Virus record (IMG/VR): IMGVR_UViG_3300017991_000103
Span: 5,479 to 69,478 of that record
Direction: 5' to 3' (one strand)
DNA from: a virus
Length of the DNA: 64,000 nt
Numbering within the stretch: position 1 is the first letter of the stretch; every line of letters begins with the position of its first letter. The notes under the pieces are model-generated. The model made no database searches and was not told the DNA's origin. It worked only from the letters and a program-made list of their open reading frames with translations. Below are positions 18,994 to 28,898 of the stretch, in pieces. A program made the translations under genes and the position numbers.

Positions 18994-19523
18994 GGTCTCT
19001 TGTTTCTGCAGTCGTTTCTGAGTTGCAAAGTTCAGAAGTCCGTATATTTCACTTACTGGATATTGAGATAGAAGGCACTCATTTCAGATATACTGATTGT
19101 GACATTCCACTAGTCGTTGGTGGTGATAAGTATGTTCCTAGAGCTTTCTTTGCTGATGCAGCTATGCACTCGTCTGAAGAAATAGTGGATAAGTTCACTG
19201 TTGATGTAGATAATGTTGATAGGGTTTTGGTAAACACATTTGTTGGTGGTTCCCCACGTAATGGTACACTTACATACAGTATTGTTCTTTTAGATGAAAA
19301 CCATAATATAGTATCTTATGACGTTTTAGAATCAACCTTAGAGTCATACTGGGAGAGTGATTCCGAAGTCCAAGACCTCCAGCCTGTAGCTGGTATAGGT
19401 GATACTGTATTAGGAATGTGGGAGTATAATGCAACGACTGGTGGTATAATGCCATCAGCTTCAATAGGTGAAGAAGATTACTGGGAGTATAATGAGACAA
19501 CCGGTGGGATAATGCCAAAGTGA
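18990..19523 (+). CDS. Tail hub (gpL/DUF2163-like), N-terminal half with a repeat-containing extension
   Basis: MRSL..., RYTDCD, VDNVD; lacks the Cys-rich C-terminal part, which is at 22988-23368. Confidence 0.6.
   Translation: MRSLVSAVVSELQSSEVRIFHLLDIEIEGTHFRYTDCDIPLVVGGDKYVPRAFFADAAMHSSEEIVDKFTVDVDNVDRVLVNTFVGGSPRNGTLTYSIVLLDENHNIVSYDVLESTLESYWESDSEVQDLQPVAGIGDTVLGMWEYNATTGGIMPSASIGEEDYWEYNETTGGIMPK
19419..19517 (+). repeat. Two ~36-bp imperfect direct repeats encoding WEYN(A/E)TTGGIMP
   Basis: Copies at 19419-19454 and 19482-19517. Confidence 0.8.
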
Positions 19524-19534
19524 GGTAATGTTTT

Positions 19535-19897
19535 ATGTCTACTAAAGCACCGCATCCACGCGCTGACCAGGATGGAGACCTTGGTACTTCTTCGTATAGG
19601 TGGAATTATCTCTATGCCATAGTTTTGGCTGCAAGTGGAACAAAGTCTAAAAATACTGAAGATATAATTGACCATGTTGATGCAACTGCACCTCACTCTG
19701 GGCATGTTGACGTTACTGGTGATACTATGTCTGGTCAATTAAATGTGCCTAATTTGAGAATTGGAGACAACGGTAAGTTATTTTTGGTAACTGATGAGTC
19801 TGCGTATTTCATTGTTAATATCCAGTCTGATAGTAGTTGTTTGTTGGAATACTGGGATACAAACAGGGATGCTAGTAATCCAATAGCTCAGTTTTAA
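19535..19897 (+). CDS. Short tail-fibre-like protein
   Basis: P..D.DGDLGTSSYRW..LY and GDTMSGQL fibre-type motifs. Confidence 0.5.
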   Translation: MSTKAPHPRADQDGDLGTSSYRWNYLYAIVLAASGTKSKNTEDIIDHVDATAPHSGHVDVTGDTMSGQLNVPNLRIGDNGKLFLVTDESAYFIVNIQSDSSCLLEYWDTNRDASNPIAQF

Positions 19898-19912
19898 ATA
19901 AGGAGAATTGTT

Positions 19913-20683
19913 ATGAAAGTGATTAAACGAATTCTTAAAGCGGTATTGGTGAGTACAGCATTCGTGCCGATACTGTTCTGTCTATTCGCAGGTCTGGTGT
20001 TCGCAGCCTACATTGGTAGTGACTTGGATATGGATGTCGACCGTGATGGGACTCAGGATATACACCTTGTGTATGACGGCACGTATATGGCTCTGCTCTT
20101 CGGTTCAGAGGACGACCCAACATCCGCAAGTGCAAGAGGTATTAGGTACTCGACCGGTGACCTTGAGTATAACGATTCAGGTTCATGGGCTGATATTGGT
20201 TCTGGTGGTGGTAGTGAAACGAAGGCAATTGTACTTGACTGGCGCGGAGCGATAGGTGAAACTAATCTTGATAAGGTTTGGTTTGTGCAGGAGCGTGATG
20301 GTGCACGAATATCGGCCTCACGTGCAAATCAGAGTGGTGATGCTAATGTATCTTCTGACTTGTATTTGCCATTCAGACTACCTGAAGACTTTGACTCTTG
20401 GTATGACGGTGGAGCGAATGTGTCTATTGATGTGTATCGTGATGGAACGGTTGACACAATGACTCTAACTATATATGATAGTAATGAAGATGCCGATGAC
20501 GGTGTTAACGCGGCCGATGTAGAACCTTCGTCAGACACGACATGGGAAACAAAGACTGACACTCTTACCGAGACTGACTATACTGCTGGTGAATGGTGCT
20601 ATGCAAAGCTGTCATGCCAGCTTGATGATGCAATCGAAGTGAATGCCGCTCGGTTTTATCTAAAATACGATACGGCAGAATAA
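19913..20683 (+). CDS. Signal-peptide/TM-bearing acidic beta protein in the tail module
   Basis: Basic N-terminus plus a long hydrophobic stretch ending VFAA; DVDRDG Ca-binding-like motif. Confidence 0.55.
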   Translation: MKVIKRILKAVLVSTAFVPILFCLFAGLVFAAYIGSDLDMDVDRDGTQDIHLVYDGTYMALLFGSEDDPTSASARGIRYSTGDLEYNDSGSWADIGSGGGSETKAIVLDWRGAIGETNLDKVWFVQERDGARISASRANQSGDANVSSDLYLPFRLPEDFDSWYDGGANVSIDVYRDGTVDTMTLTIYDSNEDADDGVNAADVEPSSDTTWETKTDTLTETDYTAGEWCYAKLSCQLDDAIEVNAARFYLKYDTAE

Positions 20684-20696
20684 AGGGGGGCTAAAC

Positions 20697-22052
20697 ATGA
20701 AAAGGTTGCTTGTATTACTGCTTTCACTTCTGCTTCTATCTGGACCGGCATACGGTCTTACAGAAGAGGAGCGTGAAGCACTGCTTGCCGGAGCAGGCAA
20801 TGTTAAATTTCCTAACCCGGGTAATACCTACCAGCCTAGAACGGTAGAAGTAAAGATTCAGTCAGGGAGTGTAGAGCATGAAGGCTCTAAAACATTTGTT
20901 ACAGACCTTACTCCCGACTTCTCTGTCAAGGCAGGAGAGTCTCTCTATACTGTTCAGGTTGGTATGTCAAAGATAAAGTACACGGTAAATGGGGAAACCA
21001 TGGAACTTGTTCCCCTGAACACTCAGACACTCTCGGCCTCGGCAGATACGCTTGACAATAAATATGACATAAACGACCTCTGGAGAGACACCGATGTAAG
21101 GTTTGAAGCTCGTGACTACGGCGTGAAAGTGTCTCTTGTACTGACCTCTTCCAGCGCACCGACATCGTTCACTTTCCAAGTAACTCGAAGCGCAAAGTGG
21201 AACAAGAATTATGAACTGCCTATAAGTGCGTGGGGTGCTCAAAAAGGGAGCAAAGCTGTCGTCCCTATACTTGACGCACAGGTTCGAGTGGATGGTGACA
21301 GGGAGACGTGGTCTGTGCCGACTGACATCTTCGACCACTTCGACCCGCCCATCGTCATAGACCCGAGCCTTATGGTGGCTGGTAGTTATGACGATGCCAC
21401 TTCTAATAATGGAACGACACAAGACACAAATGCAAACATACTTTTTGGAAAGTGGACTTATGTTTCAACACCGATAGACTCTGTTTCATATCTTCGGTGG
21501 GACATGAATCTTCCGAGAATGTGCTCAATTTCCGAAACGGGAGACTACTTTTCCTTCTATCCGAGTGCAAGTGTCAGTGGCTCGTTCAGTTCAAATCCCA
21601 TATCACTAAAGCCAGATGGAGTGTGGAACGATGACGGCTTTTCATCGGCAAACTATCCGAATAATGGAGACCTTAGTAACATAGAAGTAGTTATAGCTGC
21701 TTCCGCTTCTGAGACATGGGGAGCTTGGACTAACAACACTTGGGTCAACGAGGACACCGATGACTGCTACAGTCTAGTAGAAACTATGACGCAGGCTAAA
21801 TGGTATCATCCCGGTGAAGCCCTTGGTAAGTGGGGCGGCTTTAAGATTGGTTACGGTGATGGTGCTGATTATGCAGGGACCTATTACCGACAGTTTGACG
21901 CGGTGGACTCTGGAACCGGAAACTATGCAAAAGTCACATTCACTGTAGAACGTGCTTGGCCTGAACGCAAGAACATGTATGGATTCATTTACAACTCTAC
22001 TGCAGGACAGTGGTGGCAGGATTTCAATGGAGATTCTACCTTAACCTATTGA
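20697..22052 (+). CDS. Sec-signal-bearing beta-rich protein (adhesin/receptor-binding-like)
   Basis: MKRLLVLLLSLLLLSGPAYG signal peptide; PIVIDP motif; composition differs from flanks. Confidence 0.55.
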   Translation: MKRLLVLLLSLLLLSGPAYGLTEEEREALLAGAGNVKFPNPGNTYQPRTVEVKIQSGSVEHEGSKTFVTDLTPDFSVKAGESLYTVQVGMSKIKYTVNGETMELVPLNTQTLSASADTLDNKYDINDLWRDTDVRFEARDYGVKVSLVLTSSSAPTSFTFQVTRSAKWNKNYELPISAWGAQKGSKAVVPILDAQVRVDGDRETWSVPTDIFDHFDPPIVIDPSLMVAGSYDDATSNNGTTQDTNANILFGKWTYVSTPIDSVSYLRWDMNLPRMCSISETGDYFSFYPSASVSGSFSSNPISLKPDGVWNDDGFSSANYPNNGDLSNIEVVIAASASETWGAWTNNTWVNEDTDDCYSLVETMTQAKWYHPGEALGKWGGFKIGYGDGADYAGTYYRQFDAVDSGTGNYAKVTFTVERAWPERKNMYGFIYNSTAGQWWQDFNGDSTLTY

Positions 22053-22074
22053 ACTAACAGAAAGGAGTGTAAGG

Positions 22075-22494
22075 TTGGGAGAGAGAAGTACAAACACATG
22101 TCAAGCACACGATAAGATGGTTCAGCTTGTAACGGAGCATGCAAATGATTTGAAACATGGCATGGAAAAGTTTGCCGAGATAGACGAACGCCTTAAAAGC
22201 CACGAAAGGACGCTCAAGGCGATTAATGATTCACAGATGAAGGTAGAAGGTTTCATGAACGGCAAGGCACAGATGAAGAAAGCCATTATAGGTTGGGTCA
22301 GTGTCACCGTTGTAGTAGGTATTGCGGTCCTTGGAGCAGTCTATGCTGTTGTGGCTACTGTTTCATCTAACAAGTTTATGGGTGAAATTATGAAGGAGTA
22401 CATACAAGAGGAGCGCACAAAGGAAATTATTAGACGGAACGACAGGGTGAGAGAGGAGTTATACGGTGGGTCAAGAAGTGAAATTAAACCTTAA
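22075..22494 (+). CDS. Coiled-coil plus single-TM protein (holin-like)
   Basis: SD AAAGGAG, TTG start; coiled coil followed by a ~25-aa hydrophobic helix. Confidence 0.45.
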   Translation: MGERSTNTCQAHDKMVQLVTEHANDLKHGMEKFAEIDERLKSHERTLKAINDSQMKVEGFMNGKAQMKKAIIGWVSVTVVVGIAVLGAVYAVVATVSSNKFMGEIMKEYIQEERTKEIIRRNDRVREELYGGSRSEIKP

Positions 22495-22582
22495 AGCGGT
22501 CGTTAGAGTATTAAAGTTTAGAGAGGGTGAAGACGAACCGTATGAGGTAAGAGAGGTGGAAGTAGATGTCCCTGACAGATGA
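22466..22582 (+). CDS. 38-aa ORF (MGQEVKLNLKAVVRVLKF...)
   Basis: SD GAGGAG, GTG start; fills the gap between neighbours; below the ORF-track cutoff. Confidence 0.35.
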   Translation: MGQEVKLNLKAVVRVLKFREGEDEPYEVREVEVDVPDR

Positions 22583-22988
22583 TGGTGCAATAGCAATTGC
22601 CTCTGCTATTATAGGTGATGGTGGGGTCACTTTGTTTAATGAAGCGAATGCAGCTTTAGGTGTTGGTGATAATAATACTGCGTTTGATGTTTCACAAACT
22701 ACATTGGAAGCGGAAAGTAGTAGTAGTGGTGGGCAGGCTCTTAGGAAAGGTATGGATAGTGGTTACCCACTCAGAGACCCCGATTCAGATGGTAGTACAG
22801 ATAAAGTAAGGTTTAAATCTACTTTCACAACATCAGAAGCAAATTTTCATTGGTATGAGTGGGGGGTCTTTAATAACACTACCGATGGTGGTGGTGATAT
22901 GCTACTAAGAGTAGTGGAAGATTTAGGAACTAAGACAAGTGGTGATTCTTGGATTCTTCAGGTTGATATAACCGTTGCGAGTGAATAA
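22566..22988 (+). CDS. Phage tail/virion structural protein
   Basis: LGVGD...F...QT.L, EANF.W.EWG.FN, LGTKTS..W.L pattern seen in tail-associated proteins. Confidence 0.55.
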   Translation: MSLTDDGAIAIASAIIGDGGVTLFNEANAALGVGDNNTAFDVSQTTLEAESSSSGGQALRKGMDSGYPLRDPDSDGSTDKVRFKSTFTTSEANFHWYEWGVFNNTTDGGGDMLLRVVEDLGTKTSGDSWILQVDITVASE

Positions 22989-23368
22989 TGGGAACTGTAA
23001 ATAAAAACTCATCCGCTACCATAACACCTGTTTTTAGTAGTGAGTATAGTTTATATGCACCTGCTAAAATAACTATATTTGAAGGGGAAATAGACAGTTG
23101 GGGTCTCACAGAATCAAAAGTAAATATTACCGCAACAAATATTTTATCAAGGTGGGCACGCAGAACTTTGTCTGTGCATTCATCAAGTTGTAGATGGAAA
23201 AAGTTTAAAGGTACCGAATGTGGATACACTGGTGCACAGACTTGGTGTGATAGGTCTTTTTCAAGATGTAGTGCACTTAACAATACTTCTAACTTTGGAG
23301 GTTTCAGGTGGCTACCAAGTATAGTAGACAAAGAAATATGGTGGGGAAAAGTTCCAGAAAACGAATGA
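22988..23368 (+). CDS. Tail hub (gpL/BR0599-like), C-terminal half with Cys cluster
   Basis: IFEGEID...CRW..F...CGY.G...CDRS...C...NFGGF. Confidence 0.75.
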   Translation: MGTVNKNSSATITPVFSSEYSLYAPAKITIFEGEIDSWGLTESKVNITATNILSRWARRTLSVHSSSCRWKKFKGTECGYTGAQTWCDRSFSRCSALNNTSNFGGFRWLPSIVDKEIWWGKVPENE

Positions 23369-23766
23369 GTTTAGCAGATGCTACAGCGACATTAATAGGT
23401 CGAGAATATACTCTTGGTAGTTGTGATTGCTTTTCAGTGATTATAGACTATCTTCGTTTAATGGGCGTTGAATTACCTGAAAAATATCATGGGTACACTC
23501 TTGATACTTATAGTGAATTGTTCACTTCAGCTCCTGCTAAGGCTTGTGAAATTATGGTTAATCTTATGGATGACATTTTACAACCTATAGTACCAGGTTT
23601 AATACGACCTGGTGATATTATGTTACTCCATCTTAGAGGTAAATCTGGTAATATGTTTCTTGCAATAAATGGTGGGAATGGTCATGCTCTTTTTGCAGTT
23701 AGAGGCCACCCGGTATCGTTATATCCCGCTAGATATTACAGGGTGCTTAAAGGATGGCGTGTATGA
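23365..23766 (+). CDS. NlpC/P60 (gpK-like) tail tip protein
   Basis: LIG..Y..G..DC, PGDI.L; between gpL-like and gpJ-like genes. Confidence 0.7.
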   Translation: MSLADATATLIGREYTLGSCDCFSVIIDYLRLMGVELPEKYHGYTLDTYSELFTSAPAKACEIMVNLMDDILQPIVPGLIRPGDIMLLHLRGKSGNMFLAINGGNGHALFAVRGHPVSLYPARYYRVLKGWRV

Positions 23767-26273
23767 TTGATTCACTTTTAATTCTTCTTTTTGGCACCAT
23801 GTCAGATTACATTCATGCTGACGGTGGTGCGATAATAGGGTGGATTGTAGTTAGTATTATTCTGTCTGCTATAAGTAGTGCTATACAACAAGCACTTGCA
23901 GGTGAGCCTGAGGTAGAGCGAACCAGGGGGTTGAGAGCAAATACACGAGACCCAAGTATTAAATTGCCTATACTGTATGGTAAATTAAGAATTGGTGGAA
24001 ATGATGTATTTGTAGAAGCCACAGGTGATGATAATAAACACCTTTGGGTTGTGCAGACTTTATCTGAAGGTGAATGTGAAGGTATAGACACAGCTCCTGA
24101 AGACGATGCAGAACCTGGTGATAGTACTGAGTATGACCAACTTTGGCTTGGTGATAAACTCGCTAATGAATTTGGTTCAAATGCTCTATACTATTTCCAT
24201 GGTGGAACAGCAACACAAACTGTTGATTCAAATTTAAATGCAGCTATATCAAAGTTTACTGACCCGATGCGGTATACTTGCTATATTGTTTGGCATCTTA
24301 TATATGATTATGACCTATTCCAAAACTTACCACAAAGGAATGTTCTTTTAAAGGGTAGGAAATTATATGATTTTAGAACATATGAAATAGCGTGGAGTGA
24401 TAATCCTGTTTTAGCATTATATGATTTTATGACTAATGACCGGTATGGGTATGGATTTGATGCCACTAGGATAGACGTATCTTCTTGGTCGACAGCTGCT
24501 AATTATTGTGATACTAAAGGCTGGACAATAAATATGCGTATTGACCGAGATATGGCCGGTAAGGATGTTATAGATAATATATGTAATTTATTCCGAGGTC
24601 AGTTAGTTTGGTATGACGGTAAATTTTATTTGTATTACGCTGACCTTAATTATGAATCAACTGCTTTGGCACTAACAGATAAGAATATAGTTCAGAATAC
24701 AGAAGGACTTGCGGAGCTTTCCATTATAGAGCAAAGTAAATTTGACTATCCTGACGGTCTTCGTATATCGTTCATAGATGCAGAAAAGGAGTATGTTGAA
24801 GATGCAATTGTTGTTGGTGACAATACAGGTGTTATAAGAGAAATAACTCTAGATGGTTGTACATCAAGGCAGCAAGCTAGTGATATGGGAATTTATATAC
24901 TTGAGAGGATGCGCCTTGACCGAACGATTAAAGGAACTTTTAGTGATGATGCACTTCGATTAGAACCCAATGATGTTGTAACTTTAACCAATAGTGATTT
25001 TGGTTTATCTGCACAGAAGATGCGAGTTCAAAGCTCTGCTGTTAGACAAGATGGTCTTGTAGAACTTTCTCTAGTTTATGAAAGTGATGAACTGTATGAC
25101 GATGATTATGATGTTGCAATAGAAGAGGAGTATACCTGTTCTCTACCAGACCCATATACAACTCCACCAACTGTATCAAATGTGAGTATAACTGAGGAAC
25201 AGTATTATTACAGATTACGCAACTTCACTAGGTTAGTTATAACATTTGATGAACCGGCAAACTATCCGTGGTATGACCACGTTGAGGTTTGGATTTCACG
25301 CGGCGGTGAAGACAGTACTGGTGCATATGAGCATCAGTTCAATGCAACTGATGATTTCTCAATAGAAAATGTTGAGGAAGGTGAAGAGTACCTTATAATT
25401 CTTAGGACAGTTTCACTTCATGGGGTTAAACAAGACCTGGATGATGGTTTTAAGTTGCGCCATGTAGTACTTGGTTATTCAGATACACCTTCATCTTTAA
25501 ACGCGTTGGTTGCCGTGGTTAATGAGAATTCCATCATATTATATTCTTCTAAAGTTAACGATGCTGATATTGAGTTGTACGAATTTAGATTCGGGTTATC
25601 ATGGAATTCATCAGTGTTTTTGGCAGCGTTGCGGGCTCCAAACTATAGTCTTATTGGTGTCAAGCCGGGTGAGCATACTTTTTGGGCTAATACACTTTCA
25701 AACAACGGAGTCTATGGTGGTACACCAGTTTCAGCTACTGTTGACTTGATAGACCCGCCAGATGGGTGGGCAGTCCAACATACAGAAACATGTGACTATT
25801 CTGAAAGTGATGATGTCCATGATAATACGGAACAGACAACATATTCTGGTGAAGACTATTTAAAATGTTCGCACGAGAGTGGTGGGTTAGTAGGTACCTA
25901 TACTTCTCCTATATATGACCTTGGGAGTTCTGGAAGGTATCTTGTATACATACTTGCAGATATAGTATTACTCGGTGTTGGTAATACATGGGATGATGTT
26001 GTGCCAGATAATTCGGTAGAAAGCACAACGTGGAATGATATTAGTGCTTCAACTAGAACATGGAATGAGATATTTGAACTCAATGAGGCTGCACAGGTAA
26101 GTATGAAATTGAAGTATGGAGATACTAGTCCTCCTACTAACGAAGTAGGTAAGATGGAAATATTATCGGCTATTGTGACTGCTAGATATTATCAGGTAGA
26201 AATAACAATAACTGACCCGAGTGAACCAATCAATGCTTTGGTAGAACATTTTACATTAAAGTTCTGTCAGTAA
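23763..26273 (+). CDS. Central tail tip/host-specificity protein (gpJ-like) with FN3-like domains
   Basis: LPILYG..RIGG, LSEGECEG, KGRKLYD.R, WSDNP.L.LYD, LEP.DVV. Confidence 0.85.
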   Translation: MIDSLLILLFGTMSDYIHADGGAIIGWIVVSIILSAISSAIQQALAGEPEVERTRGLRANTRDPSIKLPILYGKLRIGGNDVFVEATGDDNKHLWVVQTLSEGECEGIDTAPEDDAEPGDSTEYDQLWLGDKLANEFGSNALYYFHGGTATQTVDSNLNAAISKFTDPMRYTCYIVWHLIYDYDLFQNLPQRNVLLKGRKLYDFRTYEIAWSDNPVLALYDFMTNDRYGYGFDATRIDVSSWSTAANYCDTKGWTINMRIDRDMAGKDVIDNICNLFRGQLVWYDGKFYLYYADLNYESTALALTDKNIVQNTEGLAELSIIEQSKFDYPDGLRISFIDAEKEYVEDAIVVGDNTGVIREITLDGCTSRQQASDMGIYILERMRLDRTIKGTFSDDALRLEPNDVVTLTNSDFGLSAQKMRVQSSAVRQDGLVELSLVYESDELYDDDYDVAIEEEYTCSLPDPYTTPPTVSNVSITEEQYYYRLRNFTRLVITFDEPANYPWYDHVEVWISRGGEDSTGAYEHQFNATDDFSIENVEEGEEYLIILRTVSLHGVKQDLDDGFKLRHVVLGYSDTPSSLNALVAVVNENSIILYSSKVNDADIELYEFRFGLSWNSSVFLAALRAPNYSLIGVKPGEHTFWANTLSNNGVYGGTPVSATVDLIDPPDGWAVQHTETCDYSESDDVHDNTEQTTYSGEDYLKCSHESGGLVGTYTSPIYDLGSSGRYLVYILADIVLLGVGNTWDDVVPDNSVESTTWNDISASTRTWNEIFELNEAAQVSMKLKYGDTSPPTNEVGKMEILSAIVTARYYQVEITITDPSEPINALVEHFTLKFCQ

Positions 26274-26287
26274 GGAGATGAAAACCA

Positions 26288-27070
26288 ATGACACAAGGTT
26301 GGACTTCTGATGTTTTTGCAGGAACACATATTGCACAAACAGACCTTCAAAATATTGAGACAAATTTTGCGTGCTTGAGGAGTACTTTTTCAGGGTCTAG
26401 TGCACCTGCAAGTCCGGTTGGATACCAGTTTTGGGGTGATAGTGCAAACACTCTATTAAAAATAAGAGATAGTTCAAACGCGTCTTGGCTTAGTTTATTT
26501 AATTGCAATACTGGTAAAATTGCAACTGGTGCGGTCTCAAGTGACTCTCTGGCTGCTGATGCAGTTACCTCTGCTAAAATTGCATCTGGTGCAGTTGACA
26601 CTTCAGAACTTGCTGACGGTGCGGTAACTGAAGATAAGATTGAAGACGGTGCAGTAAGTGAAGCAAAACTGGCTGCTGATTTGTATCCAGATATGGAAGC
26701 TGGTGATTTTACTGTCCATTACAACGATGCTGAACAAACAACAACTTCTACCACGTGGGTTAAGTTGAAAGAGAGTACTCTCGGTAATAGATGTGAAGGT
26801 GAACTTACAGTTGAACTCAAGGGTAAATCTGAGTATAGCCACCTAACTGTATATTTTAGGGTATACAGGAATGGTGTTGCAGTTGGTTCAACACAAAGTA
26901 CTAACTCATTAACATATGATACATTCACGGAAGACATTTCAGGTTGGTCTGATGGGGATGCACTTCAAATATATGGTTATACTAGTAGTGGTGCTGGAAC
27001 ACCTAAAGCATATGTTAAGGAACTTAGGTTAAAGGTTGATGACCCAAGCAGGGCTGTGGTGGTGACATAA
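26288..27070 (+). CDS. Tail fibre protein with 10-aa (LADGAVT..K) repeats
   Basis: About five tandem GAV(T/S)..KI/LA repeats followed by a beta-sandwich-like domain. Confidence 0.7.
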   Translation: MTQGWTSDVFAGTHIAQTDLQNIETNFACLRSTFSGSSAPASPVGYQFWGDSANTLLKIRDSSNASWLSLFNCNTGKIATGAVSSDSLAADAVTSAKIASGAVDTSELADGAVTEDKIEDGAVSEAKLAADLYPDMEAGDFTVHYNDAEQTTTSTTWVKLKESTLGNRCEGELTVELKGKSEYSHLTVYFRVYRNGVAVGSTQSTNSLTYDTFTEDISGWSDGDALQIYGYTSSGAGTPKAYVKELRLKVDDPSRAVVVT

Positions 27071-27582
27071 TGAAAGCTTTTCTTAAAGAGGATATTATAT
27101 TACATATTACTGCTAATGGTGATACTGAAATAGGTGACTTGGTTCCTAAGGTCGGTCTTGAAAGGCAGAGATTTGATGGCACTGAAATGGTGGACCTTAT
27201 AAACCTTGATGAGATGTGGGTTCGGCACAAGGGTGGTGATGCGTTTGAACTTCATGCAGTTCAGGTTCCGAATAGCCAGTTGGTACAAATGAATTACCTT
27301 GACCGCAAATGGTTAACTAAGGATGACGATGGGATTATAAGAGTGCTAACTCCACTTGAACGTGAAGCAAAACTTGAATCTGCCTATAATAGAAGTTCTG
27401 TCAGTGTGAGGTTTAACGAAATTAAAAAGTTGGATAATTTTATAAATGGGGTATTACATGCGACTCCAGAAACAATAAATCAGTATATTGAGAATAATGT
27501 AACCAACCTTGATTCAGCAAAGGAAGTTCTTAAACGTATGGCTTTGTTGATTGCATACTGTATGAGGAAACTAGAAAAATGA
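27070..27582 (+). CDS. Hypothetical protein, possible tail-fibre chaperone
   Basis: Translationally coupled to the fibre gene; no diagnostic motif. Confidence 0.45.
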   Translation: MKAFLKEDIILHITANGDTEIGDLVPKVGLERQRFDGTEMVDLINLDEMWVRHKGGDAFELHAVQVPNSQLVQMNYLDRKWLTKDDDGIIRVLTPLEREAKLESAYNRSSVSVRFNEIKKLDNFINGVLHATPETINQYIENNVTNLDSAKEVLKRMALLIAYCMRKLEK

Positions 27583-27899
27583 ATAGAACAGAATTTACTA
27601 AAATACTCGCTCAGTTACTTCTGGAAATGATACTTGACGGTGAAAATCCACTTCTTGATTATGTTAAGCGCTCTGATGAAGGTCAGATGGCAATGTACCT
27701 TTCTGGTAAAAGTAAGTGTGATGGTAAGGTTAAAATTTCAAAACACCAGAGAGGTAAAGCGGCTGATATATATTTTGTTGAAGATGGTGAATTAGTTGCA
27801 CCAAAACGGGGGTGGGAGTATTGGCATGAACGATGGATGGAACTTGGTGGTGAACCAATGATTGAGTGGGATAAAGGCCATTTTGAGGTAGGTGATTAA
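27579..27899 (+). CDS. Endolysin, peptidase M15 family (minimal, 106 aa)
   Basis: RS...Q, SKHQRGKAADI (H...D) and WDKGHFE (D..H) Zn ligands. Confidence 0.8.
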   Translation: MNRTEFTKILAQLLLEMILDGENPLLDYVKRSDEGQMAMYLSGKSKCDGKVKISKHQRGKAADIYFVEDGELVAPKRGWEYWHERWMELGGEPMIEWDKGHFEVGD

Positions 27900-27900
27900 C

Positions 27901-28545
27901 ATGAAAATAGAAAACTTGGATGTCATTGCTTTTCCGTTTACCTGGAAAAGCATATGGAAACCGTATCCACTGGCGATACGCATAGCTACTGGAGCATATA
28001 CGCATGTGGGTATATGTTTAAATGAGATTAATACGGGTCTTGATGGGCCGATAGTCGAAACAAGTATAATTGAAGCAGTGTGGGGTGGGTTTATTCCTTC
28101 ACCATTCAGTGGATATGAGCAAGAAAAACGGGCACCATTTGAGGTGTACCGCCTTCGTTACGATTGGTTTTTCGATTCTCCTTTGGATATTGAGGCTTAT
28201 AAATTTCACTGCGTAGAACGCATAAAGAAGATGGAAGGTCAAAAATATGATGTATCTGCTATATTCAGTTTCCCAGTAAGAATATTGCTTGGTGCACCAT
28301 ATAGGAAGTTAAGGAAGAGACCTCTGTTTGATACCACAGATGAAGTATTTTGTTCAGAAGCCGTGTCGCAAGCACTAAGACTTGGTGGCCCTGATTGGTT
28401 AGAGGTCACTGATAAATTGAAGCCTAAGGTTGATTTTCAAAATGTTATAACACTTAATAACTTGGATGATGCTGATGTTACACCAACTATGATAGCTAAG
28501 AGTCCAGCATTTATTAAAGTAGGGGAGGTGAAAGTTAATGAGTAA
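27901..28545 (+). CDS. Permuted papain-like (YiiX/YebB) NlpC/P60 protein
   Basis: YTHVGI, IEA, G.KYD, FCSE.V, TP motifs with His before Cys. Confidence 0.75.
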   Translation: MKIENLDVIAFPFTWKSIWKPYPLAIRIATGAYTHVGICLNEINTGLDGPIVETSIIEAVWGGFIPSPFSGYEQEKRAPFEVYRLRYDWFFDSPLDIEAYKFHCVERIKKMEGQKYDVSAIFSFPVRILLGAPYRKLRKRPLFDTTDEVFCSEAVSQALRLGGPDWLEVTDKLKPKVDFQNVITLNNLDDADVTPTMIAKSPAFIKVGEVKVNE

Positions 28546-28837
28546 TGAAGGAATTAGAGAGTTTGTATTGGTATATGCGGTGATGATTATTCTTGCATGT
28601 ATGGTGTGGTCTGGTTGTGCATCTGTGAGTTTCGATTATAAAGCTCCAACAGATATGGTTGCACAGATGGCTAAATACAATGCTGAGAATAATAGGGATG
28701 CGTCCTTCACTGTATTAAGACTTAGAGCTGCTTTGGATATTTTACCACCGCTGTCACCGGATGCTCCAGGTCTTATTAAACCTGAGGCAGAGGCTTTACT
28801 TATAAGATATTCTGCAAAAAAGAATACAGATATGTAA
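28538..28837 (+). CDS. Lipoprotein, possible spanin or lysis accessory
   Basis: Hydrophobic leader ending in lipobox-like WSGC; last gene of the + arm. Confidence 0.5.
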   Translation: MSNEGIREFVLVYAVMIILACMVWSGCASVSFDYKAPTDMVAQMAKYNAENNRDASFTVLRLRAALDILPPLSPDAPGLIKPEAEALLIRYSAKKNTDM

Positions 28838-28866
28838 ACCCCCTCCGTACCGGCGCTTGCTCCAAC

Positions 28867-28898
28867 GGGAGAGGAGTTTTTCGGGAGGCTCCTCTCCC
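28867..28898. terminator. GC-rich hairpin between the convergent arms
   Basis: GGGAGAGGAG (28867-28876) / CTCCTCTCCC (28889-28898) perfect inverted repeat; no long U-tract. Confidence 0.6.

Noticed and set aside
23365-23766. Active NlpC/P60 tail peptidase
   Set aside because: The Cys (DC) is present but the usual catalytic His position reads MFLAI, so activity is not supported; kept only as a structural call
19419-27070. Diversity-generating retroelement acting on tail fibres
   Set aside because: No reverse transcriptase in the window and no ~100-bp repeat pair differing only at adenines; the 36-bp repeat is a simple tandem duplication
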